This document shows, one piece after another, positions 1 through 12,089 of a DNA stretch of 64,000 bases. The translations under genes and the position numbers were made by a program. The notes below the pieces were generated by a model, which saw nothing but the letters and a program-made list of their open reading frames with translations, did no database searches and was not told the origin of the DNA. The stretch comes from Rhina ancylostomus (Eukaryota). Positions within the stretch are counted from its first letter, which is position 1. Every line of letters starts with the position of its first letter. The stretch covers positions 10,626,961 to 10,690,960 of the forward strand of contig JARFYF010000029.1 of NCBI GenBank assembly GCA_030265395.1, read 5' to 3'.

Positions 1-1650
1 ACCTTTAGTGTATAACCTTTTTTTAAATTAAATATTCTATAGTGTAATCTTTAAAGATAATGTGTACTATTAATGTATGTGTTTCAAAATTAATTTTGTC
101 ACAATTTTGGCTCAAATCCAAAGTTATATTTCCAATAATTAATATCATACATCTCCTGTTAAATCTTTTTATTAAAAATGGATGCAGCAAATTTTCACTT
201 TACCACTAGTCAACTCTCATAATTATACGAGATTGGAATCGTTTTGATATGTGATGGATGTAATGAATTGGGAGACTGCAGGCTCTTGGGGAACATGAGA
301 GCCTGTGAAAAGAATTAATTACAATAATAAATATACAATAGATATATTCTCACATACAATTTTTAACAATGTGTGATTTTAATCTTTCTTTTTATTTAAC
401 CTAGCCAACAATAACAGTGAACAAATGCATGAAGCTCTGTTTATATACATGTCATAAGCATAACTATGTTAAACATTCACATGTAACTTACCAGACATCC
501 CTCCAAAGATGAGAGCATGGTCTGATTGACAGTCTAAGGCTGACATCCTAAATTGGAATAAAGGACGTTGTCACTGCATCAAATATACTGACAGATGCTG
601 ACATTTAGATGATGGGCTCTTTGACGTAATCTATAAACAATTGACCTTGCAGTTTTTAACACTAATTTTGAAATATATTTAATGTTCAGTGATGATGTTT
701 GTAATATATACAATTTTTCTATCAAGATCCAGTTAAAATCAGGATGAGTTGCACCTCCAGCAAAAGGGAAATGTATCTCTCCCAAGAAAAAGTTAGCATA
801 GATTCTGGTTAGTCGAAAACAACAGATAACTTACACTGACACAGGATCACTCTTCAGAAAGTGATGGCTGTCATTTGTGACTGGAGATCATTGTGAGGGA
901 AATTATTTTTGATCAGTGCAGACCTGGTCGTGCTGCAACAGTTTGGCTTAATTTTGAACGATGGTGACTTATCACATAACGTAGTTCTTAAAGAAAGACC
1001 TTCAGCTGTGGCATTCCTCTGATATTAATGAAAAAATGCCAAGATCCTTTGGGCTCCTAACTTTTCCACTGAGGCAAAATAAAAGTGAGTGGGTTGGTTC
1101 TGAAGAATAATCTTAAAAGTCAATAGTGAAGAATATCACTGATGTACAACTGAACTATCAATTGATGAATGGAAGGTGTCCTGCAAGGCTGCTGGTGTAA
1201 ATCTGTCAACACTTTGATGGTTAAACATATTTTAAGCAAAGTGGTTGATAGAGAAATTAGAGTTCATTGAGGGATTTGAAATAGCTGCATTGGTCCAGAT
1301 TTTGTGGAGAGTAACAACTGATTGATGCCAGCCATTTATAACAGTTACGCTTGCCCACAGACTTTCTCTGAGTTATTGCATGAGAATCAGAAGTGATTAG
1401 AAACACATTTAGGTGCAACATCCTGTACAGGGGATCTGGGACTTCTATGAACAAGGTAAGCATCTGTGTATCCCCTTAACTACTCATACTGAAGAAGCCT
1501 TCCTGAAACAAAGGATATAAATCAGAAAATGTGTGTTTGAATATTCATTTCCATGCCAAATCGGGTAGAGTAAGCAAACTAAAGTGAAAGAACCAAAGAT
1601 GAGATTAAGAGATATAGAGATAACAGAGGTAGAAAGAGTAAGTAAAATGA

Positions 1651-1895
1651 TTTTAAAATGTTTTAAAATTTTATTTACAGCGTCCTTTCGGCCCAACGAG
1701 TCCATGCTGCCCAATTTAAACCCATATTAACCTACCCATATGTCCTTGGAATGTGGGAGGAAACGGGAGCACCCGGAGGAAACCCATGCAGACACTGGAG
1801 AACGTACAAACTCCTCAGAGACAGCAACGGGGATCAAACCCCAATCTCTGGCGCTGTAATAGTGTCGCACTAACTGCTACGCTACTGTGCTGCCC
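1651..1895 (-). mobile_element. tRNA-derived V-SINE (HE1-like)
   Basis: Reverse complement of the V-domain: tgtgggaggaaacgggagcacccggaggaaacccatgcagacactggagaacgtacaaactcc, plus tRNA-like head and A/T tail. Confidence 0.85.
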
Positions 1896-4800
1896 TCTCT
1901 AAATAATCTCTTAATAAATCTCTAAATAATCAAAAGAATGGGATATCAAGCTTGGAAAAGTTCATATTTATATCAGGGAGGTCATTTGGCATTAATTAAG
2001 ATATCATACCATAAAAATTGTATTTAAAAAGGAATGAACAAATTTTAATGCTTCCTTGAATGTGAATGTATAGAGTGTTCAGTAGGTAAATGATGCACCT
2101 TTCTGCCCCCTCTGTTCAAAAGTGCCAAGTCTCTCAGTGTGTTACTGTTTCAACAAGGCTTCTGCAGAAGCAGAACCCAAACAGAAGCTTGCCATTTACA
2201 TGTTTAACTGTGCATTTGTAGTCACTGGAGTTGCTATCTGGTTATGATAACCTCACCATTAGCTCTATCACCCAGGCTACTGTGTTTCTGAATGGAATAA
2301 GTTAATTTGAATTCATTTTTTGCACCTGCAGTTTCTTTTGCTATGAGTTCCAGAAAATACACTTGATGACAATTCTCCCTTGTAATTTGTTCCTGAAAAA
2401 CCAAATGCTTAAAGACAAATATTAAATTATTTATTCTGAGATGGTGCAGAACTAATGATTGGATGTGCATTTACATTACAACTGTGGCTCACACCAGCAC
2501 TGCAGCTGTGATGTAAATGCAGTCTAAATTTGAGGTCAAAGGCTCAACAACAACAACACAAAGCAGAGAGAGATTTTTATCCCCGCCTTCCCCTCCCCAC
2601 CCACCCCCCCAACTTCCTCTTTCATTTCAGGGCACTTAAGACCTTCACTCCCAACTGACTCCCAAGTTTAGATTTGGTTTAAAGTTTTATTGACTTATTG
2701 AGAGGAGTATGAATGTGCCATTTATCATCAAACCTGCTGAGTCCAAACCTCAGTCAAACTGCTGTGGGAAACCAGCAAATAGACGTCAAGTGACTCCGCT
2801 AATGGTAATAGGGAAAAATAAAAATTGAGTTCATTTTTATACCATTTTGTGGATTTCTGAGTTAGTGTGCAAAATATATCAGCCACCTGGCTGTGGTTCA
2901 AAGGGAAGGTCGTTAATCCCCTTTAGACCCTTCTGTCAGCATAAGCTAATAGAATAAAACCAGCGATTTATCTTTTTGTTATTGAGATGATTTCTCTGCA
3001 AACTGACAGCCACGTTATTGAGAATGCCTTTCAATGGATTTCTGTGAGTTTGCACTCTGCTGCATCTGCTTCTGATTTTGCGATGCAAAGCCAAGAAGGA
3101 TTAAAATCCATCTGAAAATCTGCAGTGTTTCAAAAGACATCAGTCTTTGTCACCTTATTTTTCTGGCAAACTACAATGAGGTAGTTTTTTCTTTTACCCA
3201 CCAAAACATGAATTGCAACATGCTAAAATCAAGGGAGAGGTTACAAAGCCTCATCCTGGGACTTGTCACTGCTTCTGAACCTCAAAGCTGCAGAAACGAC
3301 CCAATAAACTGAGCAACAAATATTTGGAAACACCAGTTAGAATCAATATTAACTTCTTCCTGAGATATGTGGGAATCCGTCACAATGTTGAAGAGGGGTC
3401 CTGCTTTTCAGTTGTGGGGTTCATCGTATCTCCATACAAAAGCCAGAACTACTTAGGATGGCAACTTTTCACCTAAGGAAGGAATCTCAGGTGAATGCTG
3501 GGACAATACTCATGTTTCAATAGATAAACCCAGCCACTATGTGGCAAGGTCCTTGATTAGGATCCTTTTATGCTCTACCTTTTGGGAGTTTTGCTTTCAG
3601 CAACAAAGGGAGAATCCTAGCCTTCCAGATTTTGTCATTGTGTTTGGAATACTTTGGTCCTGACTCCAGGAAAAAATAAAATACTGGGATGGCCACAAGC
3701 TCAGTGGGTGCAGACTCCAGTGTATGTGAAGCACAGTTGTTTAGTCTTCCATCATTGGGTTTGGATGAACTACATTAAGCTTTACAAACCTGACACCTTT
3801 CCTCCACACCACCAGGTCTGACTCCATTCACTGTCACTTCAAACAAGGAGTGCAGGAGCTGTGAATCTTTCTGCCACTATGGTTGAGTATTTGTAATGTT
3901 GACTGTGTTCTCTTAACCCACCATGTGTCCCTGCTTAAATCATTAAACCACAACTTTTTCTTGTTGTGTGCCTATTTTTCTTTGTATCTTTTCTGAATTT
4001 ATCCTATCCACACACCTCAACTCCTGCTACCTTGACTTGCTTTTCACTAACCATCTAATCACCTAAATTCTCTTCCCTGCTCTCACGCTTCTTATGATAT
4101 AAAAAGGTCCCCTTCCTCCTTACCAGCTCTCTATCCTTGCAGAAAAGATCATGCAACTTCACTTCCCTCTCCAAAGTGTTCAATGGGCTATCATTTTAAT
4201 GCATTGTGTTCTTTTCACACATCCATATTGGAATCTTCCTGTTGACCTTCTGTCTCCATAACAGCACTAAAAATTCCCTCTCATAATTGGAAATGCCATC
4301 TTCTGTGACTGTGACAATTGCAGAATGTTTATCATCTTCCATGACCTGTTTCTAGCCTGAGACATGGTCAGTCTCCCATTCTCTGTTGTTTGTGGGAGTG
4401 CCTTTGCCTGGTCCTGCACTAAACTATCCAAATGTAGCCACAGCCTCTCTATTGATAGCCCATCTCCCTACCTTTCACTGTTATCCATAGAGTTCCCCAA
4501 GGATCTATCTTTAGGTGCTTCCCTCTCCCACACACGAGTGACCTTGGAATTGTGGAAGTGCCATCCTGAGGAAAACTGTCCCTTTTTTAATTGATGGTGT
4601 GTGTGTGCACGCGTTGGTGGGTGGGTGAAAACTCCCCCAGGTTTTCCTTGTGCTTTTCCAGTGGCAGGTTGGGTTCTTTACTAGACTGAAGAAACCTGAG
4701 GGGGGATTTCTTTTTGGGATAATTGCAGAGTTGGCAATTCCATCTCAGAGAATCCAAGCCACCACAGTTCTGCAACAGCTCAGAGTGTGATAGGGAAGTT

Positions 4801-5750
4801 CATGAAGGGGAATGATCTGGTGAAACTGGAGAAGAGTCAGAGATGCCTTCTGCGGGATAAAGGCCAAAGACAAAAAAGAGCATGCTCTCTGAACGCTGGC
4901 AATCTGAAGTAAAAACAGAAGATTAAAGCATACATATCAGTTGCAGGAGTCGGCCACTCGGTCCTTCGATCCTGCTTCACCATTTAATTAGATTAGAAAC
5001 AGCAGGCACACAGGACCTCTAGAGAAACAGACCCAGCGACACCTTGGTTTCTCGGGCCCTTGGTCTTCCTTGCTTCCCGCAACTGCGGTCAACATCTCCC
5101 TGAGATTTCCCGTTCCCAGCGCCCACGGTACATTTCNNNNNNNNNNNNNNNNNNNNNNNNNNNNNNNNNNNNNNNNNNNNNNNNNNNNNNNNNNNNNNNN
5201 NNNNNNNNNNNNNNNNNNNNNNNNNNNNNNNNNNNNNNNNNNNNNNNNNNNNNNNNNNNNNNNNNNNNNNNNNNNNNNNNNNNNNNNNNNNNNNNNNNNN
5301 NNNNNNNNNNNNNNNNNNNNNNNNNNNNNNNNNNNNNNNNNNNNNNNNNNNNNNNNNNNNNNNNNNNNNNNNNNNNNNNNNNNNNNNNNNNNNNNNNNNN
5401 NNNNNNNNNNNNNNNNNNNNNNNNNNNNNNNNNNNNNNNNNNNNNNNNNNNNNNNNNNNNNNNNNNNNNNNNNNNNNNNNNNNNNNNNNNNNNNNNNNNN
5501 NNNNNNNNNNNNNNNNNNNNNNNNNNNNNNNNNNNNNNNNNNNNNNNNNNNNNNNNNNNNNNNNNNNNNNNNNNNNNNNNNNNNNNNNNNNNGTCCCAGG
5601 TACTTTCCCTGAGCTGCGGGATCTCCCGTCAGCCAGCTGCAGGGGGGCATTGAATCAGCAGTGAGAGAGAGCGGCGAAAGCGTCGGCTGAGCTGACGGGT
5701 GGTTTCTCATGCTCATTTATTGATCTGGTTTCCTGGTTGCACATCGACAG

Positions 5751-6094
5751 GGCGCCGTGCGGAGCCACCTCTCCTTCGTCTTTGCAAAGGATTCTGACGC
5801 CGGAGAGCCGGGAGCAGCGCTCAGTCCTCAGTTGAGGCAGAGGAGGGGAGAGGGAGAGGCTCTCCGTCCTATCCTGGAGTCCCGGGAGGGAGAGGCTCGG
5901 CAGCGATGTGGGAGATGCCGGGCACGGATGTAATCAAAAAATCCACGGGAGTCTCCAGCCGGTGTCCCGTCCAGTCGGGCTGCAGCCGCCTCCTCCCCTC
6001 CTGCTAACCGTCGCCGGGACAGCCGAGCCTTGATGCGCCTGGTCCAAGTCTCCCAGCCCGCTCCAAGGAAACCAGCAGAGCAGGGAGCGGCAGC
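5751..6094 (+). other. Probable 5'UTR part of the first coding exon
   Basis: Candidate acceptor ...tctggtttcctggttgcacatcgacAG (AG 5749-5750) with ctcat branch-like motifs ~35-45 nt upstream; GC-rich sequence follows up to the ATG. Inferred. Confidence 0.5.
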
Positions 6095-6598
6095 ATGAAG
6101 CTGCGGGAGATCCGAGCCTCTTGCCGACGCTGGCTCCTCGCCGCCAAGTGTTGCTGGCTCCTGGCAGTGATGCAGAAAAGCCAAGCCCAGGAACATGCCC
6201 ACTCCATCCGGCTGGAAGGGGACCTCATCCTCGGGGGTCTCTTCCCCGTCCACGCCCGTGGCTCGTCCGGCACGGCTTGCGGCGAGATCAAGAAGGAGAA
6301 GGGTATCCACAGGATGGAAGCTATGCTTCACGCCGTGGACCAACTCAACCGCGACCCCGACATCCTGACCAACATCACCCTGGGCGTCCGCATCCTGGAC
6401 ACCTGCTCCAGGGACACTTACGCCTTGGAGCAGTCTCTGACTTTCGTCCAAGCCTTAATCGAGAAGGACGCCACCGACGTGAGATGTGCCAGCGGGGAGC
6501 CCCCCATCATCGCCAAACCCGACAAGATCGTGGGAGTTATAGGTGCCTCTGGAAGTTCCGTCTCCATCATGGTCGCCAACATCCTGAGACTTTTTAAG
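6095..6598 (+). CDS. GRM8: First coding exon of a group III metabotropic glutamate receptor, GRM8-like (signal peptide plus start of Venus flytrap domain, 168 aa, phase-0 donor)
   Basis: Translation contains [67 protein letters not shown] and [22 protein letters not shown]. It ends at AAG|GTAAGC (GT 6599-6600), the conserved group III intron position. The leader (ASC..LLAAK..W.L.VMQK..QE.AHSIR), LGVRILD, LIEKDA and KPDKI are GRM8-type. Family is certain; orthology less so. Confidence 0.9.
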
Positions 6599-9500
6599 GT
6601 AAGCTCACTGTCAATGAACCGGCGCTTCTCGTGGGCTCCGTGAAAGTCTGCAGGGCGCTAATGGTCGCTGATGTGTGGCACCCTCGCCTTAAATAATCCA
6701 TTTAGTTGAGTGTTTGGAAGTTCAGTCTGCAGTGACAGGATTGGGGGGCGGTCAGGGTGCAAGGTATTGGATTTGGCAGAGGGAACCGGACAAGTTTTCC
6801 CGGGAGAGTGCGAGGAGCTTTCTTCGGGACCTTCTGGCTGGTCGCTGATGTTGGTTTTAAATAGGGGATTCCGAGGTACGTTCTGACGGGAAGTTGTTAT
6901 CGGAAGGGGGGAGATTCAGAGGTCGCTTTGACCGAATCTGTGGGAGAGTTTGGAGGGTGTGGGAGAAGGGAAATGGGAAGTGGGTGTGAGGGAAGGCAAG
7001 TATGAGGAAAATATCTCGCAACGCACGCCAGCTATCCCAGAACGTCTGTCACAGAAGGAGATTGTGTATAAATTTCCACCTCGGCAGTATGGACATGTAG
7101 ATAGTCAAGGAGCGGGGATCACCCTTGCTTAAAACAGGGACTGAGGGGTGTCTCTTATAGATGTGGCTATTGTTCCAAAAGAAATATAATTTTTGTTTCG
7201 TATTTTGCATTTTAATAAGTTATTCATACCAACCCATGAAAGGGACGGTGACGACCAGGTTTGTAGGCTACAAGCTTTTGCTTACAAGAAATGTGGTCTA
7301 AAGGAAGCCCCGTCGTTTGGCGCTTGGGCTTCTAACGCTGCTCCCACATCCACAGCCAGCCTCCCGAGGTCTGTGTTATGTCCCCGTGTGAGCGGTCCCG
7401 CAGAATAACGTCATCTCCAAATGCTAACACAATTCTAGGCGCAGAAGTTATGCAAGAACTTCTGTGGCCCGAGGGTGAGGTCCACTGGTATTAAAGCAAA
7501 GTTTGCTTGCAGAGTTCCCCACGGCCCAATGATGTTGCAGGTGCACCGCAATGGACACCGTTAAGTAGAAACCAGAGAGAAAAAAAGGTGCAGTGTCAAT
7601 GGACTGAAACATAACCTCGCTGCGCTTCCGCGCTGTAGTTCACTTCCCGTTTTAGTCCCTCTGTTTCCTGCTGCCGTGCAAACGGGGACCAGTTAACTGT
7701 TAATTTGGCTGGTTGCTTCAAATAAAACGGAGCTTCTGTTGGCAAAATGGTGTTGACGGGACAATGGTAAATGGGAGAGCGGACAGTACTCGGGGTAGTT
7801 CAGGTGGCTAGTTAACTCACGTGCAAAACAGTGGTCTCGGTATAAAGCCATAATGCTGCGATCGTAAAGAGACGGATGTTATAAGGATACAACGAGACCC
7901 GAAGCAAACGCGGCACATAGTTAATTACAAGCACAGGAATATGTTGAGCTACTGAATGGGTTAACTGTAGTTGATAGTTGGTACCGTATTCATGTTATCG
8001 GCACTGCATATTGTAAGGCGTGTGAAGCCTGATGGTTGAAGAACCCATTAGTATGCAGGAGCTAACACCACTCAACACGCCTTATAACGTTGTCATCATT
8101 AACTGTGGCAAAATGCAATCTGTTCATCAACCTGATTCAAATAAACCGGCTCTTTCACACCCGTGTCGAGGGGAAAAAAACCCAACTCAAGCCTCCGGGA
8201 TGGACTTTGGACAGACTTACGACAGCCCAAGTCCTGTGATACACTTCCAGAAAACACCAGATGCTTGAATGCCAATGCGCCATTGTCACAATCTAGGATA
8301 TAATCTTAACAAATGCAATTTATAGAAACTAAAACTGAATGAAACTCCATGGTTCGATGGCGACAAGGGAATGCCTTTCAGCTAGTTTTATTTGTAGATC
8401 TCTAGTGCATCATAAAATAAATCACCGTTCTAAACAAATGTTATGGGGTAGCATTAACAAAAGGGAAATATTTGACCCTGGTCCGTTAGTGGGAATTGCA
8501 GATTGAAATAATGGCCACAACGATAAATGCCTTTCAGAAATACACCCGGTTTATGGAGTAGACTGATTGTCCATGGATAGTAAATAGACATGCTTTAGAG
8601 AATGATCAGTAAGAAATATCTTTATAATAGAATATTTTCACACAGAAATTCTAACTCTGATATTGTTCAGTCATGATATCTCTGACACAATGAGCATGGA
8701 TGGAAAAGCAGTAATGTTACATGTCAGGTCAATCAATGCTCCGACTCCTGAACGTAATAAATTTGTAAGACAAGCGAAAGGACCTCCAGGAGGCACTCTT
8801 GCATCATCAGGTTTATACCTGGTGTCTAAACCTGGACCTGTTACTGATCTTGGCTGAACTGCCGCAGGATAATAGTGAACAGAGACTCACTGCTTTTCTC
8901 CAGGGAGAAGGGAGAGCAGAAAGCAATTCTTCCTTACTCTGCTCCTTTATCCCTTTGTGTCATAAGTTTCAGTTCAGAGGAGTATTGGCTCAGGGGAAGA
9001 CGTCTACACATTTCTCAGAGAATTATGAAATCTGTAGATGTGTATTGTTGGCCCATAGCAGTTATTGTCCTTTCCTAATGCACCACAGAAGGAAGTGATT
9101 CAACAAAATGGCTTACTCAGCCATTTCTGAGGGTGACCAACAACAATGTGGAGCTGATCCTGAGTAGTCCACACCAGGCCTTTATGGCATATTTCTCTTC
9201 CAGAAGCTCAACCAGTTTGGTCATGTTTACCGTCATCACTTCATTTGTTCCAAAAGCTCTTTTTCAAATAATTCCAAGTTTCAAATTTTTATCATGGAGT
9301 TGAATTCACAGTGCGTATATTTTGTTCAAAATAATATAACCAGTACATGACACATTAAGTTGATCCCAAACAGTATGAAGACAATAACTTGCTAATAAAC
9401 ACATATAATTTGAGCTAATTGTCAATAAGCAACAAATTGGCTGAGTGTTTTTATTCGTTACATTTTCCTTTCAAATATCATACAATTTCTGTCTAAAATA

Positions 9501-9889
9501 TTAGAGTTTTAAAACTTGCTACTATGGAAAATTCAATATGCCTTTTCAAAAATAAATCCACCTTGTGGGCTTACATTTGGCTGTAGCGATAGGTAGATAG
9601 GAATGATTATGCTTTGGTACTTTGGGCTAGCATAGGTGATTTGTTTTAGAGGAAATGAATTGTTAGATTTGCATTGCACATGCAGCAAAGTATAAATTCA
9701 GTTTATGCACATAGAAGCCCACAGAATGTTATTGGTTGTGTAACCAATGAAACAATGTAAGTAGTCACGGAGAACAGCTTTCAATGTGACACTGTAACAC
9801 ATTACTTCTTTTCCTGCTCCCAAAAGTGGGTCTTCAACTAACAAATGTAGTCTCCTTGTCCTTTGGGTTGAATCAGATTAGACTGGATT

Positions 9890-10100
9890 AATTTAGATTA
9901 GATTAGTTAATCATCATATGCACTAGGGTGCAATGAAATTCCTAGTTTGCATGAAGCTCACAGAGTAACGGTAGACATGGTAATAATAAATACAACAATA
10001 AATACAGTGACAAACACAAAACAACAGAATGGTGCACAGTATAGTCATGTAAACTGAAGTAGTGCAAAAATAAATGCTAAAGTGACAATAACAGTAGAGG
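9890..10100 (-). mobile_element. 3' end of a LINE (Rex1/Babar-like) with (TTAGA)n tail
   Basis: ttagattagattag followed by ...gtgcaatgaaattcc..., resembling the ends at 39975 and 54200. Confidence 0.45.
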
Positions 10101-10944
10101 TGGAATTAAGGTTTCGAGAATATGGCAGCCCCACTGGGAAGGGGATGTGAAAGAAGTGACTGGTTCAGAAATCCACCATCATGCCATTAAAAAAATGGAA
10201 GCTTTCTTCCTCTGCTGATGTTTCCTGTACTGAAATCATCACCCCCTTTTTCCTATACAAATGGATTTAACTAGAAAAAGACTGTAGGGAAAGGATGCAT
10301 CTGTCCTAGGTGTTGAGTGGACATTTCTCCTCCCCAGACCTTAGCTAGGAAAATACATGAACTATCTGCACTTAAGGAAAGGCCTGCCCACAGAAACCTG
10401 TTGCCTGGTAGAGCTAAACCTGCAACCTCAAAGGATGGTGATGTGAATGGATGTCAAGGCAACTATGGAAATAGACCATCATATATTGAGCTCTTTTTGA
10501 GGTGGAGCTTGAGATGTCAGAATATCTTGCAGTTTGCTATCCGCTGTTGTATGAAGGTCTACGAGATTCCGTTCAAAGAAAGCTAACTACATTTGCCTTG
10601 CTAGGGAATAGCAGGTGCAGACAGTGCATGGCTTCAGTGGGATTGCAGGCTTGTCTGGTGCACTGTGCCATTAACAGCTTGCAGATTGCATTGAAACACT
10701 GCATAACAATTGAGTCATGTACGGAAACCAAAAGCAATTCTCACCCTCTAGCTGACACGTGATCGTGCTCGATGCCCAGTAAACTGGCAATGGCCGTGAT
10801 TCTTGCAATCTATGGTGCCAGCAGAATTTGAGCCAACTTAACAAACCAAACACTGGAGTCCAGGGTTACAACTCAAATGTTATGTGGTGAGCAACAGCAG
10901 AGGAAGAGGAAGAGGAGAAGGGAAAGGAGGAGACAATCTAGATT

Positions 10945-11090
10945 AATACACAAAAAGTGCTGGAGGAACTCAGCAGGTCAGGCAGCATCCGTGGAGGGAA
11001 ATAAACAGTCGACTGAAAGCTGAATTCCTCCTGCATTTTTTGTGTATTGCTCCAGAAAAATACAGCGTCTGCAGAATTTCTCGTGTCTCT
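10945..11090. mobile_element. Short Penelope-derived fold-back element with 13-bp target-site duplication
   Basis: Inverted arms 10947-10974 and 11019-11046 (gctggaggaactcagc family); flanked by gacaatctagatt (10932-10944) and gacaatttagatt (11091-11103). Confidence 0.75.
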
Positions 11091-11729
11091 GACAATTTAG
11101 ATTGTTCCTTCGTGCCAGGGATATCATCTAACTGTAATTCCAGTAACCACCTTTACCTTCCCATTCTCACTCTCCATCAATTGGCCATAATGCAAAAGTA
11201 AAAGCTAACACAAAATAAACATTCGTCACCACATTTATACCCAATGTCACTGAAGTAATAATCAAGTGACTGCGAATACAAATCCACCATCAAAGTTTGA
11301 ACTGTTTGTAAAACTATTTAGAAAGTTAAAAAATCCACATGACCACAGCAGTTGGGCTTGATACTGACAATCACGTGACATGCACACTAATCGTGGGGTT
11401 TTTATTCCATGTCTTCTGTGTGTGCATTTGTCTGCCCTCATACCCGAGATGGTGCTACTCCAAGTGTTGCGGTGTTTCTGGTGGAAAGATGCTGACTTTC
11501 ACTTGGGGAGCCTGTAGATGGCCTTGGAGACTGATATCAAACAGTTCTGAGCCTAGAAGGCCTGAAAGCAGACAGTGGCTCATGCTTCATGCAACTATGC
11601 CATACTTCTCAGAGCAGTGCCCCAGCAATCATAGTAATCCGAAAACAAAAATCTGCAGCTGTTGATTGTTCATTTCAGATATCAAGCACCTGTAGTGTGG
11701 CTCCTCTAGTTCATATTGCACAGTTCCAG

Positions 11730-12080
11730 ACTGCTTTTTCCCCCTTTTTCTTTCCCTCTATCTTCCCTATATCCTTTTCCCTATATCATTCCTTTCTATC
11801 TACAGCTAATGTACATCACTTCCAGACAGATTATCCACGATTAGCTGGCCTTCACCATTCCCTCTAGGCCAGCACTGCCACCACTCATGCCATTTTAGTG
11901 CCTCCACTCCATGATAGATACTTCCATTGTTTTCTCCACCAGTCCCTCCCCTTCAACATTAAAACATGCTTGGTCTCTAACTTTTCTCAGTTCTGATGAA
12001 AGTTCTTCAAACTATGACATTAATTCTGTTCTCTTTCCACAGATACTGCCTGACCTGCTGAATATTTCCAGAGTTCTCTA
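11730..12080 (+). mobile_element. Degenerate Penelope-like 3' terminus with decayed hammerhead core
   Basis: Pyrimidine-rich tract, then cagttCTGATGAAag (11993)...ccacagatactgcctgacctgctgaatatttccag. Confidence 0.65.
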
Positions 12081-12089
12081 ATCTTAGTA

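Larger units (their letters stand above)
5030..8400. promoter_or_regulatory. CpG island / non-methylated island over the gene 5' region
   Basis: CpG is frequent from ~5030 through the exon and into the intron to ~8400, versus strong CpG depletion elsewhere. The gap 5137-5592 lies inside it and may hide promoter or non-coding exon sequence. Confidence 0.7.

Noticed and set aside
4988-5716. Long ORFs spanning N-runs (also ~14.8-15.4, 20.2-20.9, 36.9-37.3, 40.4-41.3 kb)
   Set aside because: Their length comes from X residues in assembly gaps.
5828-6597. 207-aa antisense ORF and 158-aa alternative-frame ORF over the exon
   Set aside because: Shadow ORFs expected from GC-rich codon bias; no recognisable domain.
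6599-6643. C-terminal [14 protein letters not shown] of the 182-aa ORF
   Set aside because: Read-through into the intron past the conserved GT donor; not receptor sequence.
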